From positions 384,001-448,000 of the forward strand of contig CAVZMH010000016.1 in the NCBI GenBank assembly GCA_963776345.1: DNA of 64,000 nt, read 5' to 3'. Below are positions 19,980 to 29,552 of the stretch, piece by piece (the first letter of the stretch is position 1; every line of letters begins with the position of its first letter). The notes beneath the pieces were generated by a model that worked only from the letters and a program-made list of their open reading frames with translations, made no database searches and was not told the origin of the DNA. The position numbers and the translations under genes are program-made. This DNA is from an uncultured delta proteobacterium. Lineage in GTDB: Bacteria; Myxococcota; Myxococcia; Myxococcales; Myxococcaceae.

Positions 19980-20852
19980 TCAGGATCTCAGATAGGCGTC
20001 GAGCACGCGTGCCCTCGGCCGCGGCTCGCCCCGCTGGAGCTCGGTCTGTCGCTGGCGGACCAGCGCATCGTAGGTCGGGGGCGGCTCGGGATTCCGGTAG
20101 AACACGCCGGTGTACAGCTCGGTCCCGTAGGCCCGGGCCAGGTCCAGCGCCGCGAGCTGGTTCGCCGGGTCGTGCCCCAGGCTGGCCAGCGGCTTCATCC
20201 GCGCCTTGTGTGCCCGGAGCTGCTGCTCCTCCTCGCCGAAGGTGACGCAGGGGGACTGGATGTTCACGAAGGAGAACCCTGGATAGCGGAGGGCCTCCTC
20301 GATGAGCGCGGTCATCCCGGGCATGTCCGCGGGGGTGGCCTGGGCCACGAAGCCCGCCCCGTAGGCCAGCACCATGAGGAGCGGGTTGATGGGCTGCTCG
20401 AGGCTCCCCATCGGGGAGGTGACCGTCTTCAGGCCGCGCGGCGAGGTGGGCGAGAGCTGCCCCTTGGTGAGCCCGTACACCTGGTTGTCCATGACCAGGT
20501 AGGTCAGGTCCACGTTGCGGCGAATGGCGTGCGGCACGTGGCCGCCGCCGATGGAGAAGCCGTCGCCGTCCCCGCCCGCCACCACCACCAGGAGGTCCGG
20601 GCTGGCGAGCTTCACCCCCTGGGCGATGGGCAGCGCACGGCCGTGCACGGTGTTGAAGCCGTAGGCGGTGGTGTAGCCCGGGATACGGCTCGAGCAGCCG
20701 ATGCCGGAGATGAAGGCGATCTCGTGCGGCGGGCGGCCGATCGCGCTGAGCGCCCGGTAGAGCGCCTGCAGCACGCCGTAGTCGCCGCACCCGGGACACC
20801 AGATCGGCTTGAGCGGGCTCTTGTAGTCGTTCGGTCCGAGAAAGGTGTTCAT
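19980..20852 (-). CDS. korB: 2-oxoacid:ferredoxin oxidoreductase beta subunit
   Basis: WCPGCGD, SGIGCSSR, HGRALP, GDGDGFSIGGGH, DNQVYGLTKGQ, SPCVTF. Confidence 0.95.
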   Translation of the reverse strand: MNTFLGPNDYKSPLKPIWCPGCGDYGVLQALYRALSAIGRPPHEIAFISGIGCSSRIPGYTTAYGFNTVHGRALPIAQGVKLASPDLLVVVAGGDGDGFSIGGGHVPHAIRRNVDLTYLVMDNQVYGLTKGQLSPTSPRGLKTVTSPMGSLEQPINPLLMVLAYGAGFVAQATPADMPGMTALIEEALRYPGFSFVNIQSPCVTFGEEEQQLRAHKARMKPLASLGHDPANQLAALDLARAYGTELYTGVFYRNPEPPPTYDALVRQRQTELQRGEPRPRARVLDAYLRS

Positions 20853-22606
20853 CGGAGAGCCTCCGCCTGCTGCTGGAGCCGCTCGAGCACCTCGTCGGCC
20901 CGGAAGGGCTGCGCGCCGCTCCGGGCGAAGGAGGTCACCCCGGCGGGCACGTCCACGAACATCCGGAGGACCCGGTAGAGCTGCCCCTGGTGCGACAGTT
21001 CGAGCACCAGCCCGCGCCGGACCGAGGCGAAGAACTCCCGGTACACCGGCTCGGCCACCGGGTAGAGCAGATACGGGACGAGGAGCTTGACTGGTAATCC
21101 GCGCGCCCGGGCCCGCGCGAAGGCCTCGCGGGCCACCCCGGCTGAGCTCCCCCAGCTCACCAGGGCCAGCGGCGCGTCCGGCGGGCCCTGCCGCTCGAAG
21201 AGGTCGGTTCGCGTCTGAAGCGGATCGAGCTTCCTGAAGCGCTTGGCGTTCATCGCCGCGTGCACGGCTCCGCTGGCGGTGGGCGCTCCCTTGGCGTCGT
21301 GCTCGATGCCCGCGGCGAGGTAGTTCCCACCCTTCATCCCGGGGTGGCTGAGGGGGCTCACCCCGGATGGCGCGTCGGCGAAGCGCTGGTACCCCTGGGC
21401 GAGCTGCTCCGGGGTGGGCCGCAGCCGCTCGAGCACCTCGAACCGGGAGACGTCGATCGGGTCCACCGTCTCCTTCCGCTGAGCGATCTCCTGGTCGGAG
21501 AGGATGACCACCGGCGTCTGGTACTTCTCGGCGAGGTTGAACGCCTCGACGGTGAGCCGGAAGGTGTCCTCGACGCTGGTGGGAGCCAGCACCGGGCGGA
21601 GCACGTCGCCATGGGCGCTGAACGCGGCCTGGAATAGGTCCGCCTGCTCGGGCTTGGTGGGGAGGCCGGTGGACGGGCCGCCACGCTGCACGTTGAGCAG
21701 CACCAGCGGGAGCTCGGCGATGGTGGCCAGGCCCAGCACCTCGGTCTTGAGCGACATGCCCGGGCCCGAGGTCGCGGTCATGGACTTCTTGCCGGCGAAG
21801 GAGGCGCCCACCGCCGCGCCGACGCCGCTGATCTCGTCCTCGGCCTGGAGCACCACCCCGCCGTACTTGGGCAGCTCGCGAGCGAGGATCTGCATCACCT
21901 CGGTGGACGGGGTGATGGGGTAGCCGCCGAAGAACTCGCAGCCGCTGAAGAGGGCCGCCGAGGCGCACATCTCGTTGCCGTCGCAGAGGAGCTTGGGCGA
22001 AGGCGCGGCGGGGCGCACCAGCGCACGCGGCGCGGCGAGGGGGTGCGCGGCGGCGTGGGCGATGCCCGCCGCGAGCGCCTTCCGGTTCGCCTCGAGGAGT
22101 CCCGCCCCCTTCTGGGAGAACTTCTTCTGGAGCCCCCGATCCAGCGCCTCGGGGGGCACGCCGAACCAGCCGGAGATCGCCCCGAGCACCACGGTGGTCT
22201 TGGCGCGGTCGGTCCCGGCGGCGGACTTGGCGATCTCCGCGAGGGGCACGGCGAGCACCTGGCGCGGGGCCCGGCCCGGCGGCGCGAGGTCGGTCGGAGG
22301 CGGTCCCGCCTTCTCCTCGTGGATGAGGACGGTGTCCGGCCCGAGCGGCAGCTCGGCGCCGAAGCGGCGGAAGTCCTCCCAGTTGAGGGCGACGGCCACG
22401 TCCAGCACCCCGCCCGGGTTCGGCACCTTGCGGGTGGAGATGCGGACCCGGCAGGAGGACTCACCTCCCCGGATCTGCGAGCCAAAGCTCTTGGTCATCA
22501 GGGCGTAGAAGCCCTGGGACGACGCCGCGGCCAGGAGCGACTCTCCCGCGCTCACCACGCCATCTCCACCTGAACCGACCATGCCGACGACGAGATCCTC
22601 GAGCAT
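20849..22606 (-). CDS. korA: 2-oxoacid:ferredoxin oxidoreductase alpha subunit (gamma-alpha fusion); substrate not determinable
   Basis: GSGGDGV, QIRGGES, GYPITPS, QAEDEI, ATSGPGMSL, QRGGPSTGLPT. Confidence 0.94.
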   Translation of the reverse strand: MLEDLVVGMVGSGGDGVVSAGESLLAAASSQGFYALMTKSFGSQIRGGESSCRVRISTRKVPNPGGVLDVAVALNWEDFRRFGAELPLGPDTVLIHEEKAGPPPTDLAPPGRAPRQVLAVPLAEIAKSAAGTDRAKTTVVLGAISGWFGVPPEALDRGLQKKFSQKGAGLLEANRKALAAGIAHAAAHPLAAPRALVRPAAPSPKLLCDGNEMCASAALFSGCEFFGGYPITPSTEVMQILARELPKYGGVVLQAEDEISGVGAAVGASFAGKKSMTATSGPGMSLKTEVLGLATIAELPLVLLNVQRGGPSTGLPTKPEQADLFQAAFSAHGDVLRPVLAPTSVEDTFRLTVEAFNLAEKYQTPVVILSDQEIAQRKETVDPIDVSRFEVLERLRPTPEQLAQGYQRFADAPSGVSPLSHPGMKGGNYLAAGIEHDAKGAPTASGAVHAAMNAKRFRKLDPLQTRTDLFERQGPPDAPLALVSWGSSAGVAREAFARARARGLPVKLLVPYLLYPVAEPVYREFFASVRRGLVLELSHQGQLYRVLRMFVDVPAGVTSFARSGAQPFRADEVLERLQQQAEALR

Positions 22607-22667
22607 CAGAGGCCCCGCAATGTTCGATGTTGAACTGTGCTGGACGTTCCCGCGTCCTCCCCCCCGA

Positions 22668-22683
22668 TGCAAGCCGCTCGCCT
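22668..22683 (-). promoter_or_regulatory. Candidate sigma54 promoter for the kor-nuo operon
   Basis: Minus strand AGGCGAGCGGCTTGCA = GG-N10-GC with TTGCA, ~60 bp upstream of korA. Confidence 0.4.
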
Positions 22684-22861
22684 CGCCGGGAACGGCATCT
22701 CCTGCATGCGCGAGCCGTCGGGGCGCGCAGAGGCTGCGCGAAATCGACTGCCGGACGCCGAGGCTGCGGCCACGACGCGGCGAGCCGAGGGCCAGCTGGC
22801 GCGTCGACGCGCAACCGGGAGGCACGGGCGGCCTCCTGCCCCCCGAGTTCCATCCGCTCCC

Positions 22862-23443
22862 TCAGCTCCGGGGGCGGAGCTTGGCCTCGCCCAGTGCGAG
22901 CAGCAGCGAGGAGAGGTCCACGCGCGCGGTGCGCAGGAAGATCCGCAGCGCGCGCTCGGCGCCGACGGCCAGCGCGGCCAGCTTCTCCAGCCGTGCCAGC
23001 CGGTCCCGCCCCACCCCGCTGGCGGCGGCCAGCCGCCGGGCCTCCTCGAGATCGGCGCGGATGCGGGTGATGAACGCGGTCTCGCGCTCCTGGATGACCC
23101 GTCTCACCATCTGCACCAGGTCGGTCTCGGCGCGGAAGTGCCAGGCGCCGGTCCCCGGCTGGCGGATGCGGACCACCACCCCCCACCGCTCGAGGTCGCG
23201 GACCAGCATCGAGACCGCACCCTTGCTGAGCCCCAGCTCTTCCTCGAGCTGGGTAGCGGTCATCGACATGCCCCGGAGGTAGAGCACCGCCCAGACGCGG
23301 CCCTGGTTGTGCTTGAAGCCCCAGAACTCGATGACGTTCCCCACCGCATCGATGGCCAGGGCCTCCCAGCGCGGGAGCCCCGGGGCGGGATCGGGAGCGC
23401 CCAGGCGGGGCGCGTCGGACCAGCTGTAACCCTTGGACGGCAT
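22862..23443 (-). CDS. GbsR/MarR-family transcriptional regulator
   Basis: FWGFKHNQGRVWAVLYL...MTATQLEEELGLSKGAVSMLVRDLERWGVV winged-HTH pattern typical of GbsR-like proteins. Confidence 0.85.
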   Translation of the reverse strand: MPSKGYSWSDAPRLGAPDPAPGLPRWEALAIDAVGNVIEFWGFKHNQGRVWAVLYLRGMSMTATQLEEELGLSKGAVSMLVRDLERWGVVVRIRQPGTGAWHFRAETDLVQMVRRVIQERETAFITRIRADLEEARRLAAASGVGRDRLARLEKLAALAVGAERALRIFLRTARVDLSSLLLALGEAKLRPRS

Positions 23444-23458
23444 CGGTCGTTGCTCTCG

Positions 23459-24430
23459 CTAGCGGAAGGCCGCCCCGAGGCGTCTGGCCCAGTCGGTCAG
23501 CTCGTCGGCGCCACGGGAATCGCGGAGGGGACCGAGCGCGTCGAGCGCGGCCTCGATCTCCCGGTCCATGAGCGTCAGCGCCGCCCGGGGCGCGTCGGTG
23601 GCGAGCACCGCCACCCCGAGCTCCCGGACGCGTTCGTCCGCCATGGAGCCGAAGGCCCAGAGGTCCTTGATCCGGCGGCGGAGCGGCTCGTCCATCTGAG
23701 CCGCGAGCAGGATGGGCAGGGAGGGGGTGCGTGACTTGAAGTCGGCGAAGACCGGCTTGCCGGGGTCGCCTCCGTTGAGGTCCTTCAGGTCGTCGGCGAT
23801 CTGAAAGGCCACCCCCAGATGCCGGCCGAAGGTCTCGAAGCGGCGAGCCACGTCCTCCTTGCCGGCGAGCCGTCCGGCGGCCGTGCCGCAGAAGCCGAAG
23901 AGCGCCCCAGTCTTCCCTTCCATGATGCTGCGGAAGCGGTCGATCGAGAGCGAGAGGTCGCCGCGGGCCTCCACCTCGCCGATGGTCGCGCGGGTCATCT
24001 CCGCGACCGTGCGGACCGCGGCGAAGGTGATCTCCCGGTCCAGCGAGGCCAGCTCGTCGAGCGCGAGGGTGAGAAGCAAGTCACCGCCCATCACCGCGAC
24101 GACGTTGCCCCAGAGCGCGTTCACCGTGGGCCGGCCGCGGCGGTACATGCCGGCGTCCACCACGTCGTCGTGGAGCAGGCTCGCCGAGTGCACCAGCTCC
24201 GCCGCCACCGCGACGTGCAGGAGCCCCGCCTCGGGCGCCCCGGCGGCCAGCCCGAAGAGGTGCACCATGGTCGGCCGGACGCGCTTGCCTCCGCTGCCGA
24301 TGCAGAGGTGACGGCCAGCGTTGAGCAGCGTGTCCGACTGGCCCACGTCGCCGGAGCCGTGCGACAGCACCGAGGCGAGGCGCGCCTCGGCGGACTCCAG
24401 AAACCGTGCTGCCTCGGGCGTGGTCTCCAT
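23459..24430 (-). CDS. Polyprenyl diphosphate synthase (menaquinone side chain)
   Basis: GGKRVRP, ASLLHDDVVD, RRGRPT, GKTGALF, FQIADDLKD. Confidence 0.93.
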   Translation of the reverse strand: METTPEAARFLESAEARLASVLSHGSGDVGQSDTLLNAGRHLCIGSGGKRVRPTMVHLFGLAAGAPEAGLLHVAVAAELVHSASLLHDDVVDAGMYRRGRPTVNALWGNVVAVMGGDLLLTLALDELASLDREITFAAVRTVAEMTRATIGEVEARGDLSLSIDRFRSIMEGKTGALFGFCGTAAGRLAGKEDVARRFETFGRHLGVAFQIADDLKDLNGGDPGKPVFADFKSRTPSLPILLAAQMDEPLRRRIKDLWAFGSMADERVRELGVAVLATDAPRAALTLMDREIEAALDALGPLRDSRGADELTDWARRLGAAFR

Positions 24431-24433
24431 CTG

Positions 24434-24460
24434 GTTCACCTTGTTCAAGACTACTTGAAC
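24434..24460. promoter_or_regulatory. Palindromic operator candidate GTTCAAG-N4-CTTGAAC plus an extra half-site
   Basis: GTTCAAGACTACTTGAAC at 24443-24460; the same arms recur at 32669-32686. Confidence 0.7.
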
Positions 24461-25947
24461 TCCATGTCCCCCGCCGCGCTTTCTGCGCCGGGGAGCTTTT
24501 CGAAGGAACGAGGCCCACTTGGGGCCGTCACCGCAGCCAGCACCGCCGCGCGGTCCACCTTCCCCGCAGCGGTGCGGGGCAGCGCCGTGGCCGGGAACAC
24601 CTCGGCCGGGACCTTGAACGGGGCGAGCCGGGCCCGCGCCCAGGGGCACAGGTCCTCGACCGAGGCCGCCGGCCGGGGCACCACCACCGCCACCGGCACC
24701 TGGCCCCAGCGCGGGTCGGGTCGGCCCACCACCGCCACCTCGGCCACGCCGGGGTGGGCGGCGAGCACCGCCTCGACCTCGGCGGGGTACACGTTCTCGC
24801 CCCCGGAGAGGATGAGGTCGGTGCGCCGGGCGAGGACGGTGAGGCGGCCCCCGGCATCGAGCCGACCGATGTCGCCGGTGTGGAGCCAGCCGTCACGGAG
24901 GGCCTCCGCGGTGGCCCCGGGGTCGTCGAGGTAGCCGCGCATCAGGGTGAGCCCTCGCACCGTCAGGGTCCCCTCCTCGCCCCGGGGCAGCTCGCGCCCC
25001 TCGGCGTCGAGCACCCGGACCTCGAGGCCCGGCAGCGGCGGTCCGGCGGTGCGCCCGTCGGCCGCGCCGGGGCGTTCGGTGGCGACCTGGGAGCAGGCCT
25101 CGGTGAGCCCGTAGGTGAGGAGCACCGGGACGCCGGCGGCGCGCGCCCGATCGACGAGCGCCGGCGGCACCGGACCGCCGCCGACGAGCACCGCCCGGAG
25201 CCGCGCGGCGCCGAGACCGGCGTCGAGGCACTGCTCGAGCGTGCGGGCCACCAGGCTCAGGTGGGTGATGGCCTCGTCGTGGACGGTGCGCACCACTGCC
25301 TCGGCGTCGAACCGTGGGTGGAGGACGAGCGCGGCTCCATCGTGCGCGCACCGCACGGCCATCCCCAGGCCGCCGACGTGGAAGAGGGGCAGGTTGCACA
25401 GCCACCGGTCGCCGGAGCGAGGTCCAAGGTTGGCGGCGGAGGCGCGCGCCAGGGCATCGAAGGCGCCCACCGACAGCCGCGCGGCCTTGGGCTCGCCGGT
25501 GGTGCCCGAGGTGAAGAGCAGCGCCCAGTCGGCCGAGGGGTCCGAGTCGTCGCCCTGCCAGGGAGCGACCGCGTGCGGTGGCCAGCCCTCCAGCGGCGCG
25601 GCGCCAGGGAGCACGTCCAGCCGCGCCGCATCGGCGAGCACCACGCGGGGACGGACGCGGTCTCGCTGGGCCCGGAGCTCGGCCGGGGCCAGGCGGGCGT
25701 TGAGTGGAACCAGCGCGGCGCCCAGGCGGCGGAGGGCGAAGAGGAGGACCACGGTGGAGGGGTGGTTGGCGGCGAGCACCAGGGCCCGCTCCCCCGGCCC
25801 CACCTTGTCGGCGCGCAGGAGGGCGGCGGCCCGCGCCACCTCCAGGTCGAGCGTCCTCCAACGCTCGCGCCGCTCGCCCGCCACCAGCGCGAGCCCCTCC
25901 GGATCGCGCCGGGCCTGGAGCCGCACCGGGCAGTCCACGGTCACCAT
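24451..25947 (-). CDS. menE: o-succinylbenzoate-CoA ligase
   Basis: LFTSGTTGEPK, PLFHVGG, YGLTEACSQ, HTGDIG, SGGENVYP; men cluster context (start 25944 or 25947). Confidence 0.93.
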   Translation of the reverse strand: MVTVDCPVRLQARRDPEGLALVAGERRERWRTLDLEVARAAALLRADKVGPGERALVLAANHPSTVVLLFALRRLGAALVPLNARLAPAELRAQRDRVRPRVVLADAARLDVLPGAAPLEGWPPHAVAPWQGDDSDPSADWALLFTSGTTGEPKAARLSVGAFDALARASAANLGPRSGDRWLCNLPLFHVGGLGMAVRCAHDGAALVLHPRFDAEAVVRTVHDEAITHLSLVARTLEQCLDAGLGAARLRAVLVGGGPVPPALVDRARAAGVPVLLTYGLTEACSQVATERPGAADGRTAGPPLPGLEVRVLDAEGRELPRGEEGTLTVRGLTLMRGYLDDPGATAEALRDGWLHTGDIGRLDAGGRLTVLARRTDLILSGGENVYPAEVEAVLAAHPGVAEVAVVGRPDPRWGQVPVAVVVPRPAASVEDLCPWARARLAPFKVPAEVFPATALPRTAAGKVDRAAVLAAVTAPSGPRSFEKLPGAESAAGDMEFK

Positions 25948-27005
25948 CCGAGCACCTCGGGGTCGATGCCGAGGCCGGGCGCGTCGGGGATGTGGAGGAG
26001 CCCGTGCGACACGGCATAACCGCCCGCGTCGGAGTCCAGGAGGTGGCCGGTGGCGAGGCCGTGGGCCGGGCCCTCGACCGGGAGGGTGCAGGCCAGGTGC
26101 GCGGCCCCGGCGCGCGACACCGCTCCATCGAGCGCGCTGGTGACGACCACCTCGACGCCCACCTGCCACGCCAGCGCGGCGTACCGGCGTGCCCGGAGCA
26201 CCCCGCCGACGACCGGGAGCTTGAAGACCAGCACGTCCACCGCGGGACGCTTGCCCCCGAACAGGCTGTCGCTGGCGCCGGGGATGCCGATCGACTCGTC
26301 GGCGGCGATGCGGGCCAGCGAGCGGAGCTTCCGCAGCCCGTCGAAGTCCGCCGCCGGCACCGGCTGCTCGACGTACTCCAGTCGCGCGGGGGCCAGGGCG
26401 ATGATCCGCGCCCGGGCCTCGGCCTCGGACCACGCCCCGTTGCCGTCCACCCGGATGCGCAGGTTCGGGCCCACGGCGGCGCGGACCGCCGCGAGCCGGG
26501 TCGCGTCCTGCTCGGCGGTCTGGGCGCCGACCTTGATCTTCAGCGTGTCGAAGCTCTCGTGCGCCCGGGCGCGGGCCTCCGAGGCGAGCGCGTCGCTCTC
26601 GTCGTCGGTGAGGAGCGCATTCACCCGGACCGACCGCGGCTCGGCGCCGAGCCATCCGGCGAGCGGGGTGCCGGCATGCCGGGCGCCCGCGTCGAGCAGC
26701 GCCAGCTCCACCCCGGCGCGGGTGGCCGGCGCCTCGGAGAGGGCGGAAATCTTCTGGATCCGCGCCGCGACCTCCTCGGGGCTCCCCGGCGGCGTCGAGC
26801 CGCGCAGCGCCGCGGCCGCCTCGCCCAGCGCCGCGCGGGCCCGCTCCACCGGCTCGGTCCCGAAGCCCTGGAGCAGGGTCACCTCGCCCAGCCCATCCCC
26901 CAGCCGCAGCCAGAAGCCCTCCACGCCCGCGCGCATCCCCGCTCCGGTGGAGAGCGAGGAGAGGAAGCGGAGGCTCCGCGGCCGGATGAGCAGCTCGGTC
27001 GTCAC
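25941..27005 (-). CDS. menC: o-succinylbenzoate synthase
   Basis: Enolase-superfamily KIKVG, RVDGNG, EQP, ADES motifs; context. Confidence 0.88.
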   Translation of the reverse strand: MTTELLIRPRSLRFLSSLSTGAGMRAGVEGFWLRLGDGLGEVTLLQGFGTEPVERARAALGEAAAALRGSTPPGSPEEVAARIQKISALSEAPATRAGVELALLDAGARHAGTPLAGWLGAEPRSVRVNALLTDDESDALASEARARAHESFDTLKIKVGAQTAEQDATRLAAVRAAVGPNLRIRVDGNGAWSEAEARARIIALAPARLEYVEQPVPAADFDGLRKLRSLARIAADESIGIPGASDSLFGGKRPAVDVLVFKLPVVGGVLRARRYAALAWQVGVEVVVTSALDGAVSRAGAAHLACTLPVEGPAHGLATGHLLDSDAGGYAVSHGLLHIPDAPGLGIDPEVLGW

Positions 27006-27910
27006 GCGCGTCCCAGCCAGGCTCCCAGGGCGAGCAGCAGCCCGTACGCCGCCTGGAACCGGGCGGTCGCCCCGAGGGCCGGGTTCAGCGCCCCGCCGCT
27101 CGAGCCGAGGACCCGGGACAGCGGCGGCCAGGCCAGCGGCGCGGCGGCGAGCGCGGCCAGCGCCGGCCAGCGGGCCCAGCCCACGGCCACCATCAGCACC
27201 GGCATGGCCAGGGCGACGACGAGGAGCAGGACGTACTCGGCCCGGCCGAAGCCCCGGCCGAAGCGGACGACCAGGGTGTGCTTGCCGGCGCGGGCGTCGG
27301 TGTCCGCATCGCGGAGGTTGTTGACCACCAGGATCATCGTCCCGGTGGCGCCGATGGCGACCGCGGCCGGCCACACCGCAGGGACCAGCCGCAGCGCCTG
27401 CGCATAGAAGGTGCCTGGCACGGCGACCAGGCCGAAGAAGACCATCACCAACAGGTCGCCGAGCCCGTGGTAGCCGAGCGGGTACGGCCCGCCGGTGTAC
27501 GCCCAGCCGGCGAGCACCGAGGCGAGGCCGATGACCACGAACGGCCACCCGCCACGCAAGACCAAAGTGATCCCCACCAGGGTGGCGGCGGCGAAGCAGG
27601 CGGCGCCCGCGGCGAGCACGGTCGACGGGGAGATGAGCCCGCTCTGGGTGACCCGCGTCGGGCCCACGCGCTCGTGGGTGTCCGCGCCCTTGCGGAAGTC
27701 GTAGTAGTCGTTGGTGAGGTTGGTGCCGATCTGGATCAGCACCGCCGCGGCGAGCGCGGCCAGCGCGGGCCACGCCGCAGCCATCCCCTGCCCCAGCGCG
27801 AGCCCCGTCCCCACCACCACCGGCACCACGGCGGCGGTGAGCGTCTTCGGCCGGGCCGCCAGCAGCCAGGTCCGGAGCGAGGGCGAGGCGGCGGGAGCGG
27901 CGGCGGTCAC
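27002..27910 (-). CDS. menA: 1,4-dihydroxy-2-naphthoate polyprenyltransferase
   Basis: [38 protein letters not shown]. Confidence 0.95.
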   Translation of the reverse strand: MTAAAPAASPSLRTWLLAARPKTLTAAVVPVVVGTGLALGQGMAAAWPALAALAAAVLIQIGTNLTNDYYDFRKGADTHERVGPTRVTQSGLISPSTVLAAGAACFAAATLVGITLVLRGGWPFVVIGLASVLAGWAYTGGPYPLGYHGLGDLLVMVFFGLVAVPGTFYAQALRLVPAVWPAAVAIGATGTMILVVNNLRDADTDARAGKHTLVVRFGRGFGRAEYVLLLVVALAMPVLMVAVGWARWPALAALAAAPLAWPPLSRVLGSSGGALNPALGATARFQAAYGLLLALGAWLGRA

Positions 27911-28725
27911 GGGCGGCGCGGGAACTTGGTGAAGTCGGGCTTCCGCCGCTCGACGTACGCGTTCCGGCCCTCCTGGGCCTCGGCGGACATGTAGTAGAGC
28001 AGCGTGGCGTTGCCGGCGAGCTCCTGGATGCCGGCCTGGCCGTCCAGGTCGGCGTTGAAGCTCGACTTGAGGAGCCGCAGGGCCAGCGGGCTGAGCTGCA
28101 GCATCTCCTGGCACCAGCGGAGGGTCTCCGCCTCCAGCTCGGCCAGCGGGACCACGGTGTTGACCAGGCCCATCTGGAGCGCCTGCTGCGCGTCGTACTG
28201 CCGGCAGAGGAGCCAGATCTCGCGGGCCTTCTTCTGGCCGATGATCGACGCGAGGTAGCTCGCGCCGAAGCCGCCGTCGAAGCTGCCCACCCGCGGGCCA
28301 GTCTGGCCGAAGCGGGCGTTGTCCGCGGCGATGGTCAGGTCGCAGACCACGTGCAGCACGTGTCCGCCGCCGATGGCGTAGCCGGCCACCATCGCCACCA
28401 CCGGCTTGGGCAGGGAGCGGATCTGCTTCTGGAGGTCGAGCACGTTGAGCCGGGGGACGCCGTCGCTGCCGACATAGCCCTCGTTGCCCCGGATGCGCTG
28501 GTCGCCGCCGGAGCAGAACGCCTGGTCGCCCGCGCCGGTGAGGATGACCACGCCCACCGAGGGATCCTCGCGCGCGTCGTTGAACGCGGAGCTCAGCTCG
28601 AACAGCGTCTGGGGCCGGAAGGCGTTCCGGACCTCGGGCCGGTTGATGGTGATCTTCGCGATGCCCTTCCACTTCTCGTAGACGATGTCCTCGTCGTCCC
28701 GGACCTTCTTCCAGCGTGCCTTCAT
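27907..28725 (-). CDS. menB: 1,4-dihydroxy-2-naphthoyl-CoA synthase
   Basis: [35 protein letters not shown]. Confidence 0.97.
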   Translation of the reverse strand: MKARWKKVRDDEDIVYEKWKGIAKITINRPEVRNAFRPQTLFELSSAFNDAREDPSVGVVILTGAGDQAFCSGGDQRIRGNEGYVGSDGVPRLNVLDLQKQIRSLPKPVVAMVAGYAIGGGHVLHVVCDLTIAADNARFGQTGPRVGSFDGGFGASYLASIIGQKKAREIWLLCRQYDAQQALQMGLVNTVVPLAELEAETLRWCQEMLQLSPLALRLLKSSFNADLDGQAGIQELAGNATLLYYMSAEAQEGRNAYVERRKPDFTKFPRRP

Positions 28726-29552
28726 CCGCCGTTGCTCCCGAGCTCGCTGTCCACGAGCGGCCGTTCGATCCACGGAGCCGAGAGGAAGGAGGTCACCTCG
28801 CGGGCGTACTCCTCCGGCGACTCCAGATGTGGCGCGTGCCCCGCGCCGGGGAAGACGTGGCCCCAGACCAGCGGCATCTCCGCCGCCATGGCCCGGGCGA
28901 TGCCGCTGAACTTCGGGTCGCGGGCGCCGGTGAGCAGCAGGGTCGGCGCGCGCACCGTCCAGAGCCGGGTCCAGTAGCTGGGCTGGGCGCCGAGCGAGAG
29001 CGCGCGCAGCGAGCCGGCCAGCGCCTCGGGCCGGTGCGACAGCCGGCGCTCGTGGAGCGGGATGCGCAGCTCCTCGGGGAGCTTCCGCAGGCCGTCGAAC
29101 AGCGGAAGCGCCTCCCAGCGCCGGATGAAGGCCTCGAGGCCGTCGCGCTCGATGGCCTCGGCCAGCGCGGCGTCGTCGCGGCGGCGCTCTCCCCGCTCAC
29201 GGCGGCGGCGGAGGCCCGGGCTGCCGGACTCGAGGATCAGCCGGCCCACCCGGTCGGGCGAGCGGAGGCACAGCCCCAGCGCCACCCTGGCCCCCAGGGA
29301 GTAGCCGGCCACGTCCACCCGCTCGAGGTGGTGCGAGTCCAGGAGCGCCAGCAGCGCCTCCAGCGCTCCGTCGAAGGTGGTGTCCGGCGCGCAGGGGCTC
29401 TCGCCGTGTCCCGGGAGGTCCGGGGCGAGCGCCTGGAAGCGAGGGCCGAGCAGCGGACGCAGGTGGTCCCAGGCGCCGCGGTTTCCGGTGAACCCGTGCA
29501 GCAGGAGCAGGGGTGGACCTTCCCCCCAGACGGTGTGGGCGAGCAGGCTCAT
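28722..29552 (-). CDS. menH: SHCHC synthase (alpha/beta hydrolase)
   Basis: LLHGFTG, DLPGHG, GYSLGAR, GHAPHLE; between menD and menB. Confidence 0.92.
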   Translation of the reverse strand: MSLLAHTVWGEGPPLLLLHGFTGNRGAWDHLRPLLGPRFQALAPDLPGHGESPCAPDTTFDGALEALLALLDSHHLERVDVAGYSLGARVALGLCLRSPDRVGRLILESGSPGLRRRRERGERRRDDAALAEAIERDGLEAFIRRWEALPLFDGLRKLPEELRIPLHERRLSHRPEALAGSLRALSLGAQPSYWTRLWTVRAPTLLLTGARDPKFSGIARAMAAEMPLVWGHVFPGAGHAPHLESPEEYAREVTSFLSAPWIERPLVDSELGSNGG

